Source of the DNA: an uncultured Chloroflexota bacterium
GTDB lineage: Bacteria > Chloroflexota > Limnocylindria > Limnocylindrales > CSP1-4
Direction: 5' to 3'
DNA length: 64,000 bases
NCBI GenBank assembly: GCA_903822495.1
Contig: CAIJPD010000022.1
Coordinates: 10,069 to 74,068, forward strand
Part shown: positions 1 to 11,743 of the stretch, piece after piece
Layout of the letters: each line of letters opens with the position of its first letter
Numbering within the stretch: the first letter of the stretch is position 1
Notes under the pieces: generated by a model
What the model saw: the letters and a program-made list of their open reading frames with translations, nothing else
Databases searched by the model: none
Told to the model about the DNA's origin: nothing
Program-made: the position numbers and the translations under genes

Positions 1-1406
1 CCGCCGAGGAGAGCCGGACGTTCGGGGCGCTGCTCCACCGTGCCCTCGCCGAGGGGCGACCGGAGGCCCGCTGGCTGCGCGGCGCGTCGTGGCGCAACTT
101 CCAGGTCAAGTACCGCGAGGCCAACGACCTCCACAAGCAGATGGAGCGCACCAGCCGGCAGGTGCACGCGATGCCGGCCGGCCCGGCCCGTGAGTTGGCC
201 ACCGACCACCTCCACCGCGGCCAGTCCAACGACTGCTACTGGCACGGGCTCTTCGGCGGGCTCTACCTCACCGATCTGCGAGTCGCCGCGCTCCACCACC
301 TGATTGCGGCGCAGGACCTCGCGGCCGCCGCGGGCGGGCATCGGCCGCTGGGCAAGCTGATCGACCTGGACGCCGACGGACACGACGAGGTGCTCCTGGC
401 CGACGCCGGGCAGGTGGTCACCGTGGACCTGGCCGAAGGCGCAGGCCTGGGCTCGTGGGACGTCCGGGCGGTCCGCCATCCGGTGCTGGCCGTGCTCCGC
501 CGGCGCGCGGAGTCATACCACCAGGTCCTGCGCGACATGGAGATCCGGGTGGCCGCCGAAGCCTCGGCCCGCGCCGCCGAGGCCACGCAGGCCGAGGACG
601 CCGGGCTGGCCAGCGCACCCGCCGCTGCCGACACGCTTCGCGACCCGGGTGGTCCGGCGAGCATCCACGACATCGTCGTCGCGAAGGAGAAGGACCTCTC
701 CCGCCACCTCCTGTACGACGACCATGAGCGGCGGTTTGGGCTGGTTCGGCTCTTCCCGGGCGACATCACGCCGGAGGTCGCCGCATCCGGGACCGCCCCG
801 GACCTGGGCGACTTCGCGACGGCTCCATTCACGGTCATCGACCTGGCGCCCGCCACGCTCACGGTGGCGCGCGAGGGGCGGGCGATGGATGCCGCCGGCA
901 ACCCGCAGCCGGTCCGGGTCGAGAAGGTGATCCGCCTGGCCGGCGACCGCCGAAGCCCCACGCTGGAGCTTGGGCTGGTGGTCGAGAACCACGGCGCCGC
1001 CCCGGTCCGGGCACGGATCGCGCTGGAGCTGCCCACCATGATGCTGGGCGGCGGTGGCAACCCCGCGGCCTGGTGGTCCGTGGGTGGCGAGCGATCGCCC
1101 CACGATGGATCCGGGGTCGCCAGCGGCGTCACGGCCATCGGGCAGGGCAACGACCAGGTGGGCCTCGCGATCGAGAGCATGGCCCTGCCGCCGGCCGACG
1201 CCTGGTGGGCGCCGATCGAGACGATCTCCAACTCGGAGTCCGGCTTCGAGCGCGTCTACCAGGGCGGCGCGCTGCTCCTGTCCTGGGTGCGGACGCTGGG
1301 TCCGGGCGAGCGGTTCAGCGCGTCGATCAGCAGCCGCGCGACGACGGGCCGGGATGCCGCCCTCCCCGATGGATCACTCCCCGAGGCCGCGCCGCCAGCG
1401 GACTGA
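1..1406 (+). CDS. GH57-family alpha-amylase/4-alpha-glucanotransferase, C-terminal part (5' end lies outside the window; reading frame starts at nt 3)
   Basis: The frame is open from nt 3 (..SWRNFQVKYREANDLHKQM..). The motif NDCYWHGLFGGLYL is typical of GH57 enzymes. Stop at 1404-1406. Confidence 0.75.
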   Translation, partial: AEESRTFGALLHRALAEGRPEARWLRGASWRNFQVKYREANDLHKQMERTSRQVHAMPAGPARELATDHLHRGQSNDCYWHGLFGGLYLTDLRVAALHHLIAAQDLAAAAGGHRPLGKLIDLDADGHDEVLLADAGQVVTVDLAEGAGLGSWDVRAVRHPVLAVLRRRAESYHQVLRDMEIRVAAEASARAAEATQAEDAGLASAPAAADTLRDPGGPASIHDIVVAKEKDLSRHLLYDDHERRFGLVRLFPGDITPEVAASGTAPDLGDFATAPFTVIDLAPATLTVAREGRAMDAAGNPQPVRVEKVIRLAGDRRSPTLELGLVVENHGAAPVRARIALELPTMMLGGGGNPAAWWSVGGERSPHDGSGVASGVTAIGQGNDQVGLAIESMALPPADAWWAPIETISNSESGFERVYQGGALLLSWVRTLGPGERFSASISSRATTGRDAALPDGSLPEAAPPAD

Positions 1407-1422
1407 GCCCGGACGCGCAACC

Positions 1423-1453
<31 letters not shown>

Positions 1454-1536
1454 GCCGGCGCCACGCACGCGACGCTACTCATCCGCCGTCACCGATCAAC
1501 GCCGGTCCCACCAGGCAGCAGGAGACAACGAGCCCC

Positions 1537-3657
<2,121 letters not shown>

Positions 3658-3707
3658 CGGCCGATCGGGCGGGCGGAAGCGCCGAGTCCACCGGAAGCGC
3701 CGCTCGG

Positions 3708-5843
3708 TTGACACCCGGCCACGCACCGGCGAGCATCGACGGCGTGATCGATGAGCCGCTCCCGCAGGACGGGCGCCGCCGCGCCGTCATCGAGGCCGTG
3801 ACGCCCCAGGTGGACGGCGGCCGCTTCCCCGCCAAGCGGGTCATGGGCGACACGGTGATCGTGGAGGCCGACGTCTTCGCGGACGGCCACGACGAGGTGG
3901 TCGCGGTCCTCCGCCACCGCCAACCCGGCGCTCCGGGCCAGGCCGCCCCCGGCGTCGGGCCACACGGCGGCGGGCCGCATGACTGGTCCGAGGTGCGCAT
4001 GGAGCCCCTCGGCAACGACCGCTGGCGGGCGGCATTCCAGGTGACACGCCTGGGACGCCACGAGTACACGGTCGAGGGCTGGGCGGACCGCTGGGAGACC
4101 TGGCGACACGACCTGGAGAAGCGCGTCGCGGCCGGGCAGGACGTGACGGTGGACCTGCTGATCGGCGCCGGGCTGGTGGACGGCGCGGCGGGACGGGCGG
4201 GGGGACAGGATGCCGAGGCCCTCGCCACGTGGTCCGTGGGGCTGCGCGGCGATGGGACCGCGGAGGCCCGCACCGCACTGGCCCTGGACGACGATCTCCA
4301 CGGGCTGATGCGGCGCCACGCGGACCGGCGCGACGCCGCCGTCCACCCCGTCCGGCAGCTCCAGGTGGAGCCCGTCCTGGCCCGTTTCTCGGCCTGGTAC
4401 GAGCTCTTCCCGCGCTCGGCATCGCCGGAGCCGGGTCGCCACGGGACCTTCCGCGACGTCATCGCCCGCCTGCCGTACGTCGCCGGGATGGGCTTCGACG
4501 TCCTGTACCTGCCGCCCATCCACCCCATCGGGACCACGTTCCGCAAGGGGCCCAACAACGTCACCACCGCTTCGCCGGGCGATCCGGGCGTGCCGTGGGC
4601 GATCGGCGCCGCGACGGGCGGCCACCTGGCCATCCACCCGGACCTGGGAACCGCCGAGGACCTGCGCGCGCTGGTCCAGGAGGCCGGCCGGCTGGGGATC
4701 GCCGTGGCCCTGGACCTCGCCCTCCAGGCCTCGCCGGACCACCCCGCCGTGCAGGAGCACCCCGCCTGGTTCCGCCAGCGGCCGGATGGGTCCGTCCAGT
4801 ACGCCGAGAACCCGCCGAAGAAGTACCAGGACATCTACCCGTTCGACTTCGAGTCCAATGACTGGCCGGGCCTCTGGCTCCACGTCCGCCAGATCGTCCG
4901 CCACTGGATCGCCCAGGGGATCCGCGTCTTCCGGGTGGACAACCCGCACACCAAGCCATTCGCGCTGTGGGAGTGGCTGATCGAGGGGATCCGCCGCCAG
5001 GACCCGGACGTGATCTTCCTCGCCGAGGCGTTCACCCGGCCCAAGGTGATGTACCGGCTGGGCAAGCTGGGCTTCAGCCAGTCGTACACGTACTTCACGT
5101 GGCGGACCACCAAGCAGGACATCGCCGAGTACTTCACGGAGCTCAGCCGCCCGCCGGTCAGCGACTTCTTTGGGCCCAACGCCTGGCCCAACACGCCCGA
5201 CATCCTGCACGAGACGCTCCAGCACGGCGGCCGGCCGATGTTCCAGGCCCGCCTGGTCCTGGCCGCCACGCTGTCGTCCAGCTACGGCATCTACGGGCCG
5301 GCGTTCGAGTTGCAGGAGCGTGTCCCGCGCGAGCCCGGGATGGAGGAGTACCTGGACTCCGAGAAGTACCAGCTTCGCCACTGGGACCTGGAGGATCCGG
5401 ACAGCCTCGCGCCGCTGATCACCCGGCTCAACGCGATCCGGCGGGCGCACCCGGCGCTCCAGTCGAACGGGAGCCTCGCCTTCCACCCGATGGAGGACGA
5501 CTTCGCCCTGGCCTACTCCAAGCGGGCCCAGGTCGTGCCAGGTGGTCCCGCGGACGACCCGGCGAACCGGCCCGCTGTCGCGCCGGGCGCGGCCGACGTG
5601 ATCCTGGTCGTCGTGAGCCTGGACCCGGTCTATCCCCGCCGCTCCCCCGTCCACCTGGACCCGGCCACCCTGGGCATCGACGTGGATCAGCCGTTCGAGC
5701 TGGAGGACCTGCTCGACGGCTCGGTCGAGACACGGCAGGGCCGCCGCCTGGAGGTCTCCATCGACCCGGCCGCCTGCCCCGCCCGGATCTTCCGCGTCCG
5801 GCCTGCCGCGGGCCGGGAACCGCGGGCGGAAAGCGGGGGCTGA
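3708..5843 (+). CDS. glgE: Alpha-1,4-glucan:maltose-1-phosphate maltosyltransferase GlgE
   Basis: The N-terminus (..VTPQVDGGRFPAKRV..EADVFADGHD) and the block GFDVLYLPPIHPIG..FRVDNPHTKP are typical of GlgE. The start is uncertain: TTG at 3708 or an in-frame GTG 12 codons downstream. Confidence 0.88.
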   Translation: MTPGHAPASIDGVIDEPLPQDGRRRAVIEAVTPQVDGGRFPAKRVMGDTVIVEADVFADGHDEVVAVLRHRQPGAPGQAAPGVGPHGGGPHDWSEVRMEPLGNDRWRAAFQVTRLGRHEYTVEGWADRWETWRHDLEKRVAAGQDVTVDLLIGAGLVDGAAGRAGGQDAEALATWSVGLRGDGTAEARTALALDDDLHGLMRRHADRRDAAVHPVRQLQVEPVLARFSAWYELFPRSASPEPGRHGTFRDVIARLPYVAGMGFDVLYLPPIHPIGTTFRKGPNNVTTASPGDPGVPWAIGAATGGHLAIHPDLGTAEDLRALVQEAGRLGIAVALDLALQASPDHPAVQEHPAWFRQRPDGSVQYAENPPKKYQDIYPFDFESNDWPGLWLHVRQIVRHWIAQGIRVFRVDNPHTKPFALWEWLIEGIRRQDPDVIFLAEAFTRPKVMYRLGKLGFSQSYTYFTWRTTKQDIAEYFTELSRPPVSDFFGPNAWPNTPDILHETLQHGGRPMFQARLVLAATLSSSYGIYGPAFELQERVPREPGMEEYLDSEKYQLRHWDLEDPDSLAPLITRLNAIRRAHPALQSNGSLAFHPMEDDFALAYSKRAQVVPGGPADDPANRPAVAPGAADVILVVVSLDPVYPRRSPVHLDPATLGIDVDQPFELEDLLDGSVETRQGRRLEVSIDPAACPARIFRVRPAAGREPRAESGG

Positions 5844-8800
5844 TGGCCACCTCCGACGCGGACGCCCGCGCGTTCCGCGTCGCGCGCCCCGCCCGGGAGC
5901 GGTTCGGCCTCGACGATCCGGCCGCAGCACCCGCGCCGGGCTTCCCGGCGGCGCCGGCCGTGGTCCCCGGCGGCCTCCTGCGCGCCTCGGACCGCCCCGC
6001 GATCAGGCGCCTGGCCGCGCGGATGAACGCCCGGCGCGCGCCCGGGGAGCAGCCGGCGCTCGCGGGTGAGATCGCCGCGCTGGTCGTCCTCCACGAGGCC
6101 GGCCACCTGCTGATCGACCACTACCAGGCCAGCGTGACGCCCCCGCCACTCCGCAGCGCGCTGCGCGGCCTGCGGGCCGCCCTGGGCCCCGACCTGGATC
6201 TGCTGCTCGTGCGCTTCGCGCACCTGTTCCCCAGCGGGAGCCGGGCGGCCCGCGCCGAATCCGGGTCGTCCCTCCTCGCCGAGCTGCTCCTGAACCGCGT
6301 CGCCAACGAGAATCCGGCCGCCGACCACCTGCGCGACCTGTTCGACGACACCGTGCTGCTCCAAGAGACCCGCTACCGCGAGGCCATCGACGCGCTGGGG
6401 GCGAGCATCGGCGGGGGGCCGGGGCGCGGGCTGGGCACGGATGGGCTCCTGGCGGTCCTGCGTGAGCCGGCCGCCCAGGCACCGACATCCCTCGCCGGCC
6501 AGCTGCGCTACATCCGCGACCGCTGGGGCTCCGTGCTGGGCGAGCTGGGTGGCCGCCTGGCGCTGGAGCTGGACCTGGCCCTGGGCGAGCTGGAAGAGGA
6601 CGAGCGCGCGGTCCATCGCCGCTTCGGGGCCGGCGCGCCGGGCACGCCGGAGGCCTCGGTGGAGACGCCGCTGCTGGCCGGCCTCGATGCCGACGTCGAG
6701 CGGTTCAGCGCGGATTCGGCCTGGATGCCCGGCGTGGTCCTGCTGGCCAAGAGCACGCTGGTCTGGCTGGACCAGCTGTCGCGCCGGCACGGGCGCGAGA
6801 TCCGGACGCTGGATGCCATCCCGGACGAGGAGCTCGACACGCTGGCCCACTGGGGCGTGACCGGGATCTGGCTGATCGGCCTGTGGGAGCGCTCCACGGC
6901 GTCCGCAACCGTCAAGCGCCGGCGCGGCAACGCCGATGCCGTGGCCTCCGCGTATGCCCTCGACGACTACGAGATCGCCGCGGAGCTGGGCGGCGAGCAG
7001 GCGCTCTCCAACCTGCGGGTGCGGGCCGGCGCCCGGGGGATCCGGCTGGCCAGCGACATGGTGCCCAATCACATGGGCATCGACTCGCGCTGGGTCGTGG
7101 AGCATCCGGGCTGGTTTCTCTCCCTCCCGGAGCCGCCCTACCCGTCGTACTCCTTCACCGGCCCGGATCTCTCCCCCGACCCGCGGGCGCGGATCGTGCT
7201 GGAGGACCACTACTGGGACGGCACGGACGCGGCCGTGGTCTTCATGCACCAGGACGCCACGACCGGCGAGGTGCGCTTCATCTACCACGGGAACGACGGG
7301 ACCAGCCTGCCCTGGAACGACACGGCCCAGCTGGACTTCCTGCAGGCGCCCGTCCGCGAGCGGGTGATCCAGGCCATCATCGACGTCGCCCGCCGGTTCC
7401 CGATCATCCGCTTCGACGCCGCCATGGTCCTCGCGCGCAAGCACGTCGCCCGCCTCTGGTGGCCGGCGCCGGGTGTCGGTGGCGGCGTCCCATCGCGGGC
7501 GGCGCACGCCCTGGCCCCGGCCGACTTCGACCGCCTCATGCCCGCCGAGTTCTGGCGCGAGGTGGTGGACCGGGTCGCCGCCGAGGTGCCGGACACGCTC
7601 CTCCTGGCCGAGGCGTTCTGGCTGCTGGAGGGCTACTTCGTCCGGACCCTGGGGATGCACCGGGTCTACAACAGCGCGTTCATGCACATGTTCCGGGACG
7701 AGGACAACGCCGGCTACCGGCGAGTCATCCGCGAGACCCTCGAGTTTGACCCAGAGATCCTGGAGCGCTACGTCAACTTCATGAGCAACCCGGACGAGGC
7801 CACGGCGGTCGAGCAGTTCGGGACCGGCGACAAGTACTTCGGGGTGGCGACGGTGCTGGCCACGCTCCCCGGGCTGCCGATGGTGGGCCACGGCCAGGTG
7901 GAGGGCTTCGGCGAGAAGTACGGGATGGAGTTCCGCCGGGCGATGCTCGACGAGTCGCCCAACCGCGGCCTGGTGGCCCGCCACGAGCGCGAGATCTTCC
8001 CGCTCCTGCGTGAGCGCGGCCGGTTCGCGACCGCGGCGGCCTTCCGGCTGTTCGACCTGGTCACGGACGACGGGAGCGTGGCCGAGGCCGTGCTGGCGTA
8101 CTCCAACGGCCGCGGGGCCGGCCGCTCCCTCGTGGTCTTCCACAACCGGTTCGCATCCGTGACGGGGCACTTGCGCGAGAGCGCCCGGTTCGCGGTCAAG
8201 GCCGGGGATGGGTCCAAGTCCCTCCGGCGCGAGACGCTCGCCGAGGCGCTGGGCCTGGCGGCCGACGACCACGCATTCCTGGCGTTCCGCGACCGGACCA
8301 CGGGCCTGGAGCACCTCCGCCGCGTTGGCGCGCTGCGCGCCGATGGGCTCCGCCTGTCGCTTGACGCCTATGCCTGCCATGTCTACGACGAGTTCCGGGA
8401 CCTGCCGGCCGGCCCGGGCTGGGCGGCGCTGGCCGAGCGCCTGGGCGAGGCGGGGGTGCCCTCCCTGGACGACGCGCTGGCGGACCTGGAGCTGGCGACG
8501 CTGCATGACCTGGTGGCCGCGCTCTTCACCGGCGGTCACCTCCACCGGTTGGCCGCCGACCTGGCGCCCCTGGCACTCGTCGCGACCGTGCCAGCCGGGC
8601 CAGCCGGGCTCGGCGACGCCCCCAGGGCCTCCGGAGCCACGGGGGCCGAACCGGCGGGCGCAGCCGCGGGCGCAGCCGGGGCCAACGCAGGCAGGGCCGC
8701 GGCCATCGAAGCCGCCGGCGCAGAGAGTGCCGGGGCCATCGAAGCCGCGGGATCCGCGGCCCCCGAAGGGCCCAGGGCTGTCGGCATGGCCGAGCCTGGC

Positions 8801-9487
8801 GCCCGGGAGGCGGCCCTGGACGCGGTTGCCGCCATGGACGCCGAGCTGCGCGCGGAGGGAGCCCGGCGCGGGATCCCGGACACCCGTCGCGCGACCGATC
8901 CGCGCACGCCCCGCGACCGCCTCGCCGGCGGCCCCACCGCGGCCCGACGGCTCGCCGCCGTCTCGCCGCTCCTCGCCGACGACGTCGTCCGGCTGGAGAC
9001 CGTCCTCGTGCTGGCCCTGGGCGGCGGCTCCCTCGATGCCCGCCAGGGAGAGGCGGCCCGCGCCCGCTTCGATGCCTGCCGGCTGGATCGCCCGATCGCC
9101 CGCGGCCTCCGGGATGCCGGGCTGGACCGCGAGGCGATCACGGGGCTGTTGCTCCGCCTCCGCGCGCTGCTGGCTCTCCCTCGACCCGGCGACCCGCCCG
9201 CCGCGGGACCGTACGCCGCCGCGCTGCTGCGCGACCCGGCCGCCCGCGCCGCGGCCGGCGTCAACACCTGGGACGGCGTGGAGTGGGTGGCCGGCGACGC
9301 CTGGGACGCCTTCGCCGTTTCGGCCGCGGCCGTGCTCGCCCTGCATGCCCCGCCCCTCACGTCGCCCGCCGGCCTGGCCGCCATCGCGGGGTTGTCGACG
9401 GGTCTCCGGGAGGCCGCCCGGGCCGCCGGCTACCGGGTGGAGCGCCTCGCCGCGGGTCCCGCGAATCCGTCTCCGGGGGCTCGTTGA
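5843..9487 (+). CDS. Large (1214 aa) alpha-amylase-family (GH13) protein with uncharacterised N- and C-terminal extensions
   Basis: Its ATG overlaps the glgE stop (TGATG). The central region has GH13 blocks: DMVPNHMG, IIRFDAAMVL, LLAEAFW, FMSNPDE. The C-terminal ~470 aa are Ala/Gly/Arg-rich. Confidence 0.8.
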   Translation: MATSDADARAFRVARPARERFGLDDPAAAPAPGFPAAPAVVPGGLLRASDRPAIRRLAARMNARRAPGEQPALAGEIAALVVLHEAGHLLIDHYQASVTPPPLRSALRGLRAALGPDLDLLLVRFAHLFPSGSRAARAESGSSLLAELLLNRVANENPAADHLRDLFDDTVLLQETRYREAIDALGASIGGGPGRGLGTDGLLAVLREPAAQAPTSLAGQLRYIRDRWGSVLGELGGRLALELDLALGELEEDERAVHRRFGAGAPGTPEASVETPLLAGLDADVERFSADSAWMPGVVLLAKSTLVWLDQLSRRHGREIRTLDAIPDEELDTLAHWGVTGIWLIGLWERSTASATVKRRRGNADAVASAYALDDYEIAAELGGEQALSNLRVRAGARGIRLASDMVPNHMGIDSRWVVEHPGWFLSLPEPPYPSYSFTGPDLSPDPRARIVLEDHYWDGTDAAVVFMHQDATTGEVRFIYHGNDGTSLPWNDTAQLDFLQAPVRERVIQAIIDVARRFPIIRFDAAMVLARKHVARLWWPAPGVGGGVPSRAAHALAPADFDRLMPAEFWREVVDRVAAEVPDTLLLAEAFWLLEGYFVRTLGMHRVYNSAFMHMFRDEDNAGYRRVIRETLEFDPEILERYVNFMSNPDEATAVEQFGTGDKYFGVATVLATLPGLPMVGHGQVEGFGEKYGMEFRRAMLDESPNRGLVARHEREIFPLLRERGRFATAAAFRLFDLVTDDGSVAEAVLAYSNGRGAGRSLVVFHNRFASVTGHLRESARFAVKAGDGSKSLRRETLAEALGLAADDHAFLAFRDRTTGLEHLRRVGALRADGLRLSLDAYACHVYDEFRDLPAGPGWAALAERLGEAGVPSLDDALADLELATLHDLVAALFTGGHLHRLAADLAPLALVATVPAGPAGLGDAPRASGATGAEPAGAAAGAAGANAGRAAAIEAAGAESAGAIEAAGSAAPEGPRAVGMAEPGAREAALDAVAAMDAELRAEGARRGIPDTRRATDPRTPRDRLAGGPTAARRLAAVSPLLADDVVRLETVLVLALGGGSLDARQGEAARARFDACRLDRPIARGLRDAGLDREAITGLLLRLRALLALPRPGDPPAAGPYAAALLRDPAARAAAGVNTWDGVEWVAGDAWDAFAVSAAAVLALHAPPLTSPAGLAAIAGLSTGLREAARAAGYRVERLAAGPANPSPGAR

Positions 9488-9607
9488 GCCCGATTTGACG
9501 CGGCCCTCCGGGCGTCGCTACCATGCGCCCGAACCGCCGCCCGCCTTTTGCCAAGATTTGTCCAGATTTTTGGACGGAGCGGGACGGTCCAGGGACTGAG
9601 GAGTCGC

Positions 9608-10633
9608 GTGAATCCCGACGTCGTGCTGCCGCTGCTCTCGTCGCTGCTGAGCTTCATCTTCTTCGTGCTGCTGGTTGACCAGTGGCGCGTCCGTCGTCGG
9701 TCCTTCCAGGCCGCGTGGGCGCTGGGGATGCTCTGGTACGCCATCAGCGCCGGAACAGAGTTCCTGGGCGCCGCGGGTGGCTGGTCCGAGGGCCTGTACC
9801 GTGCCTGGTACCTGTTCGGGGCGGTCTTCGTCGCCGCGTGGCTGGGCATGGGCACGGCGCTCCTGCTGGCGCGAACGCGCTATGGCTACATGCTGGCCGC
9901 GCTGCTCCTGGGAGGCGGGCTGGCCAGCTTCGCCGGCCGAACGAAGTACGCCGACGCCGCTGAGGCCGGCACCGTGATCCTCGCGATCGCGGCCATCCTG
10001 GCCGTGGTGGTCGTCATCCTCACCTTCCGCGAGCGCCACGTCTGGGCGCACGCCGTGGCCGCGGTGCTGGTCGCGGGGAGCATCGCCGCCGCCGTGGTCG
10101 TCCTCACAGCCCCGCTGCCGGCGCCCGGCTACGTGCTGAACGCCCAGGGCGTCCCCATTGGCGAGCTGTTCCCCGGCTCCGTGCGGGTGCTCTCGCCGGT
10201 CTTCAACATCGCGGGCGGCCTGACGCTGACCTTTGGCGCCGTGTTCAGCGCTTACGTGTTCATGCCCAAGCGCCGGGTCATCAACTACGACCTCGAACGC
10301 GAGCAGGGCTGGCTGCGGGTGGCCTTCAACGTCCTGCTCGGGATCGTGGCGATTCCGGTCAACTTCCTGGCCTCGATCCCATCTGCCGTGCGGGCCTACC
10401 GGAGCGGGACGCTCAACAGCCGGGTGCCCGCGACGTTGCTCCTCGCGGTGGGCGGCGTGGTCCCCTCCATCACGAGCAGCCTCAACCGGTTCGGCGTCAC
10501 CTCGGCGTTCTTCCTGGGCGAGCTGCTGGGTGTGGTCTTCCTCTTCCTGGGCTTCCTCGCCTCCATCGAGGTCTTCCGCGAGTTCCGGGTGCCCTTCACC
10601 AACAAGGTCCTCCGGGCCCGCCGCGCCGAGTAG
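9608..10633 (+). CDS. Polytopic integral membrane protein, function unknown
   Basis: The product is hydrophobic with multiple predicted TM segments. A GTG at 9608 follows GAGGAG. The listed TTG start at 9548 is less likely. Confidence 0.6.
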   Translation: MNPDVVLPLLSSLLSFIFFVLLVDQWRVRRRSFQAAWALGMLWYAISAGTEFLGAAGGWSEGLYRAWYLFGAVFVAAWLGMGTALLLARTRYGYMLAALLLGGGLASFAGRTKYADAAEAGTVILAIAAILAVVVVILTFRERHVWAHAVAAVLVAGSIAAAVVVLTAPLPAPGYVLNAQGVPIGELFPGSVRVLSPVFNIAGGLTLTFGAVFSAYVFMPKRRVINYDLEREQGWLRVAFNVLLGIVAIPVNFLASIPSAVRAYRSGTLNSRVPATLLLAVGGVVPSITSSLNRFGVTSAFFLGELLGVVFLFLGFLASIEVFREFRVPFTNKVLRARRAE

Positions 10634-10965
10634 CCGGGCGCGAGGCACCGGGCCGGGCCATGCCGCGGCGTCTCGGGTGACGGCGCCGCGTGCGAACGCG
10701 CAGGCTCCTGCCAGCGAACTCGCGCTATTCACACCCAGTGAGGACTACGCGGGTTGCCGCCCCTCACCGGACTCGCCGCGCCTCCGGAATGTGCCGACGC
10801 GAGCGTGCGCCGGCATGAATCTCGCCGTGGCAGCCGAGCGGGCCGGCCAGCTTGACGTCCTGATCATCCGTACTCCTCACCCCATGGGAATAGCGAGAAA
10901 CGGCCGGCGGCGCTGGTGACATTCGCGTGACTCGTGCGACCTCGACGGGCGGCTACTATCCAGCC

Positions 10966-11583
10966 ATGGAGCCACGCGTCGATCCCGCCCCGCCCGGCTG
11001 GGCCGGCCCCGTCACGCTGCAGGGCCGCCTGGTCCGCCTGGAGCCGCTCGCCCTGGAGCACGTGCCCGGGTTGGCCCGGATCGGGCTTGACCCCGCAATC
11101 CACCGCTGGACCCGTCTCCGCCCGACCGGCGAGGACGATCTGCGTGCCTGGGTCGGAACGGCCCTCGCCACGGCGACCAGCGGCGAGGAAGTCCCGTTCA
11201 CCATCGTTCGGCAGGCAACGGGAGAGCCGATCGGCAGCACGCGCTACATGGCCATCGCGCCGGAGCACCGGCGGTTGGAAATCGGCTGGACCTGGTTGGG
11301 GCTCGACCACCAGCGGACGGGCGCCAACCGCGAGGCCAAGCGACTGCTCCTCGCCCACGCCTTCGAGACCCTGGGTGCCAACCGCGTCGAGTTCAAGACG
11401 GACTCGCGCAACGACAAGTCCCGTGCGGCGCTGCTCGGGATCGGGGCCCAGTTCGAGGGGATCTTCCGGAACCACATGCTCACGCCGCAGGGCATCCGAC
11501 ACTCGGCCTGGTACAGCGTGACGGTCGAGGACTGGCCCGCGGTCCGTGACCGCCTCGAGGCGGGCCTCGCCGCCCGGGGCTGA
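10966..11583 (+). CDS. GNAT-family N-acetyltransferase (RimJ/RimL-like)
   Basis: The pattern LQGRLVRLEPL..IGWTWLG..QRTGANREAKRLLLAHAFE..NRVEFKTDSRN is typical of GNAT acetyltransferases. The start could instead be the GTG at 10927. Confidence 0.8.
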   Translation: MEPRVDPAPPGWAGPVTLQGRLVRLEPLALEHVPGLARIGLDPAIHRWTRLRPTGEDDLRAWVGTALATATSGEEVPFTIVRQATGEPIGSTRYMAIAPEHRRLEIGWTWLGLDHQRTGANREAKRLLLAHAFETLGANRVEFKTDSRNDKSRAALLGIGAQFEGIFRNHMLTPQGIRHSAWYSVTVEDWPAVRDRLEAGLAARG

Positions 11584-11623
11584 GCCGCCGCCCGGGGCTG
11601 AGCCGCCACCCCGGGCTGAGCAG
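11570..11623. repeat. 18-bp tandem repeat x3 (CCGCCCGGGGCTGAGCCG; third copy diverged) spanning the GNAT stop codon
   Basis: Units are 11570-11587, 11588-11605 and 11606-11623. Each carries an in-phase TGA. Confidence 0.85.
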
Positions 11624-11743
11624 ACACCCGGGCCGCAATCCGGCCAACATCCGGCCGATACCGGGGCTGGCGCATCGGTGGCCGGTTCTGCCATCATCCG
11701 GCCAGCCGCGCAAGACCGACGAGCGCCCACAGAGGAGCATCCC

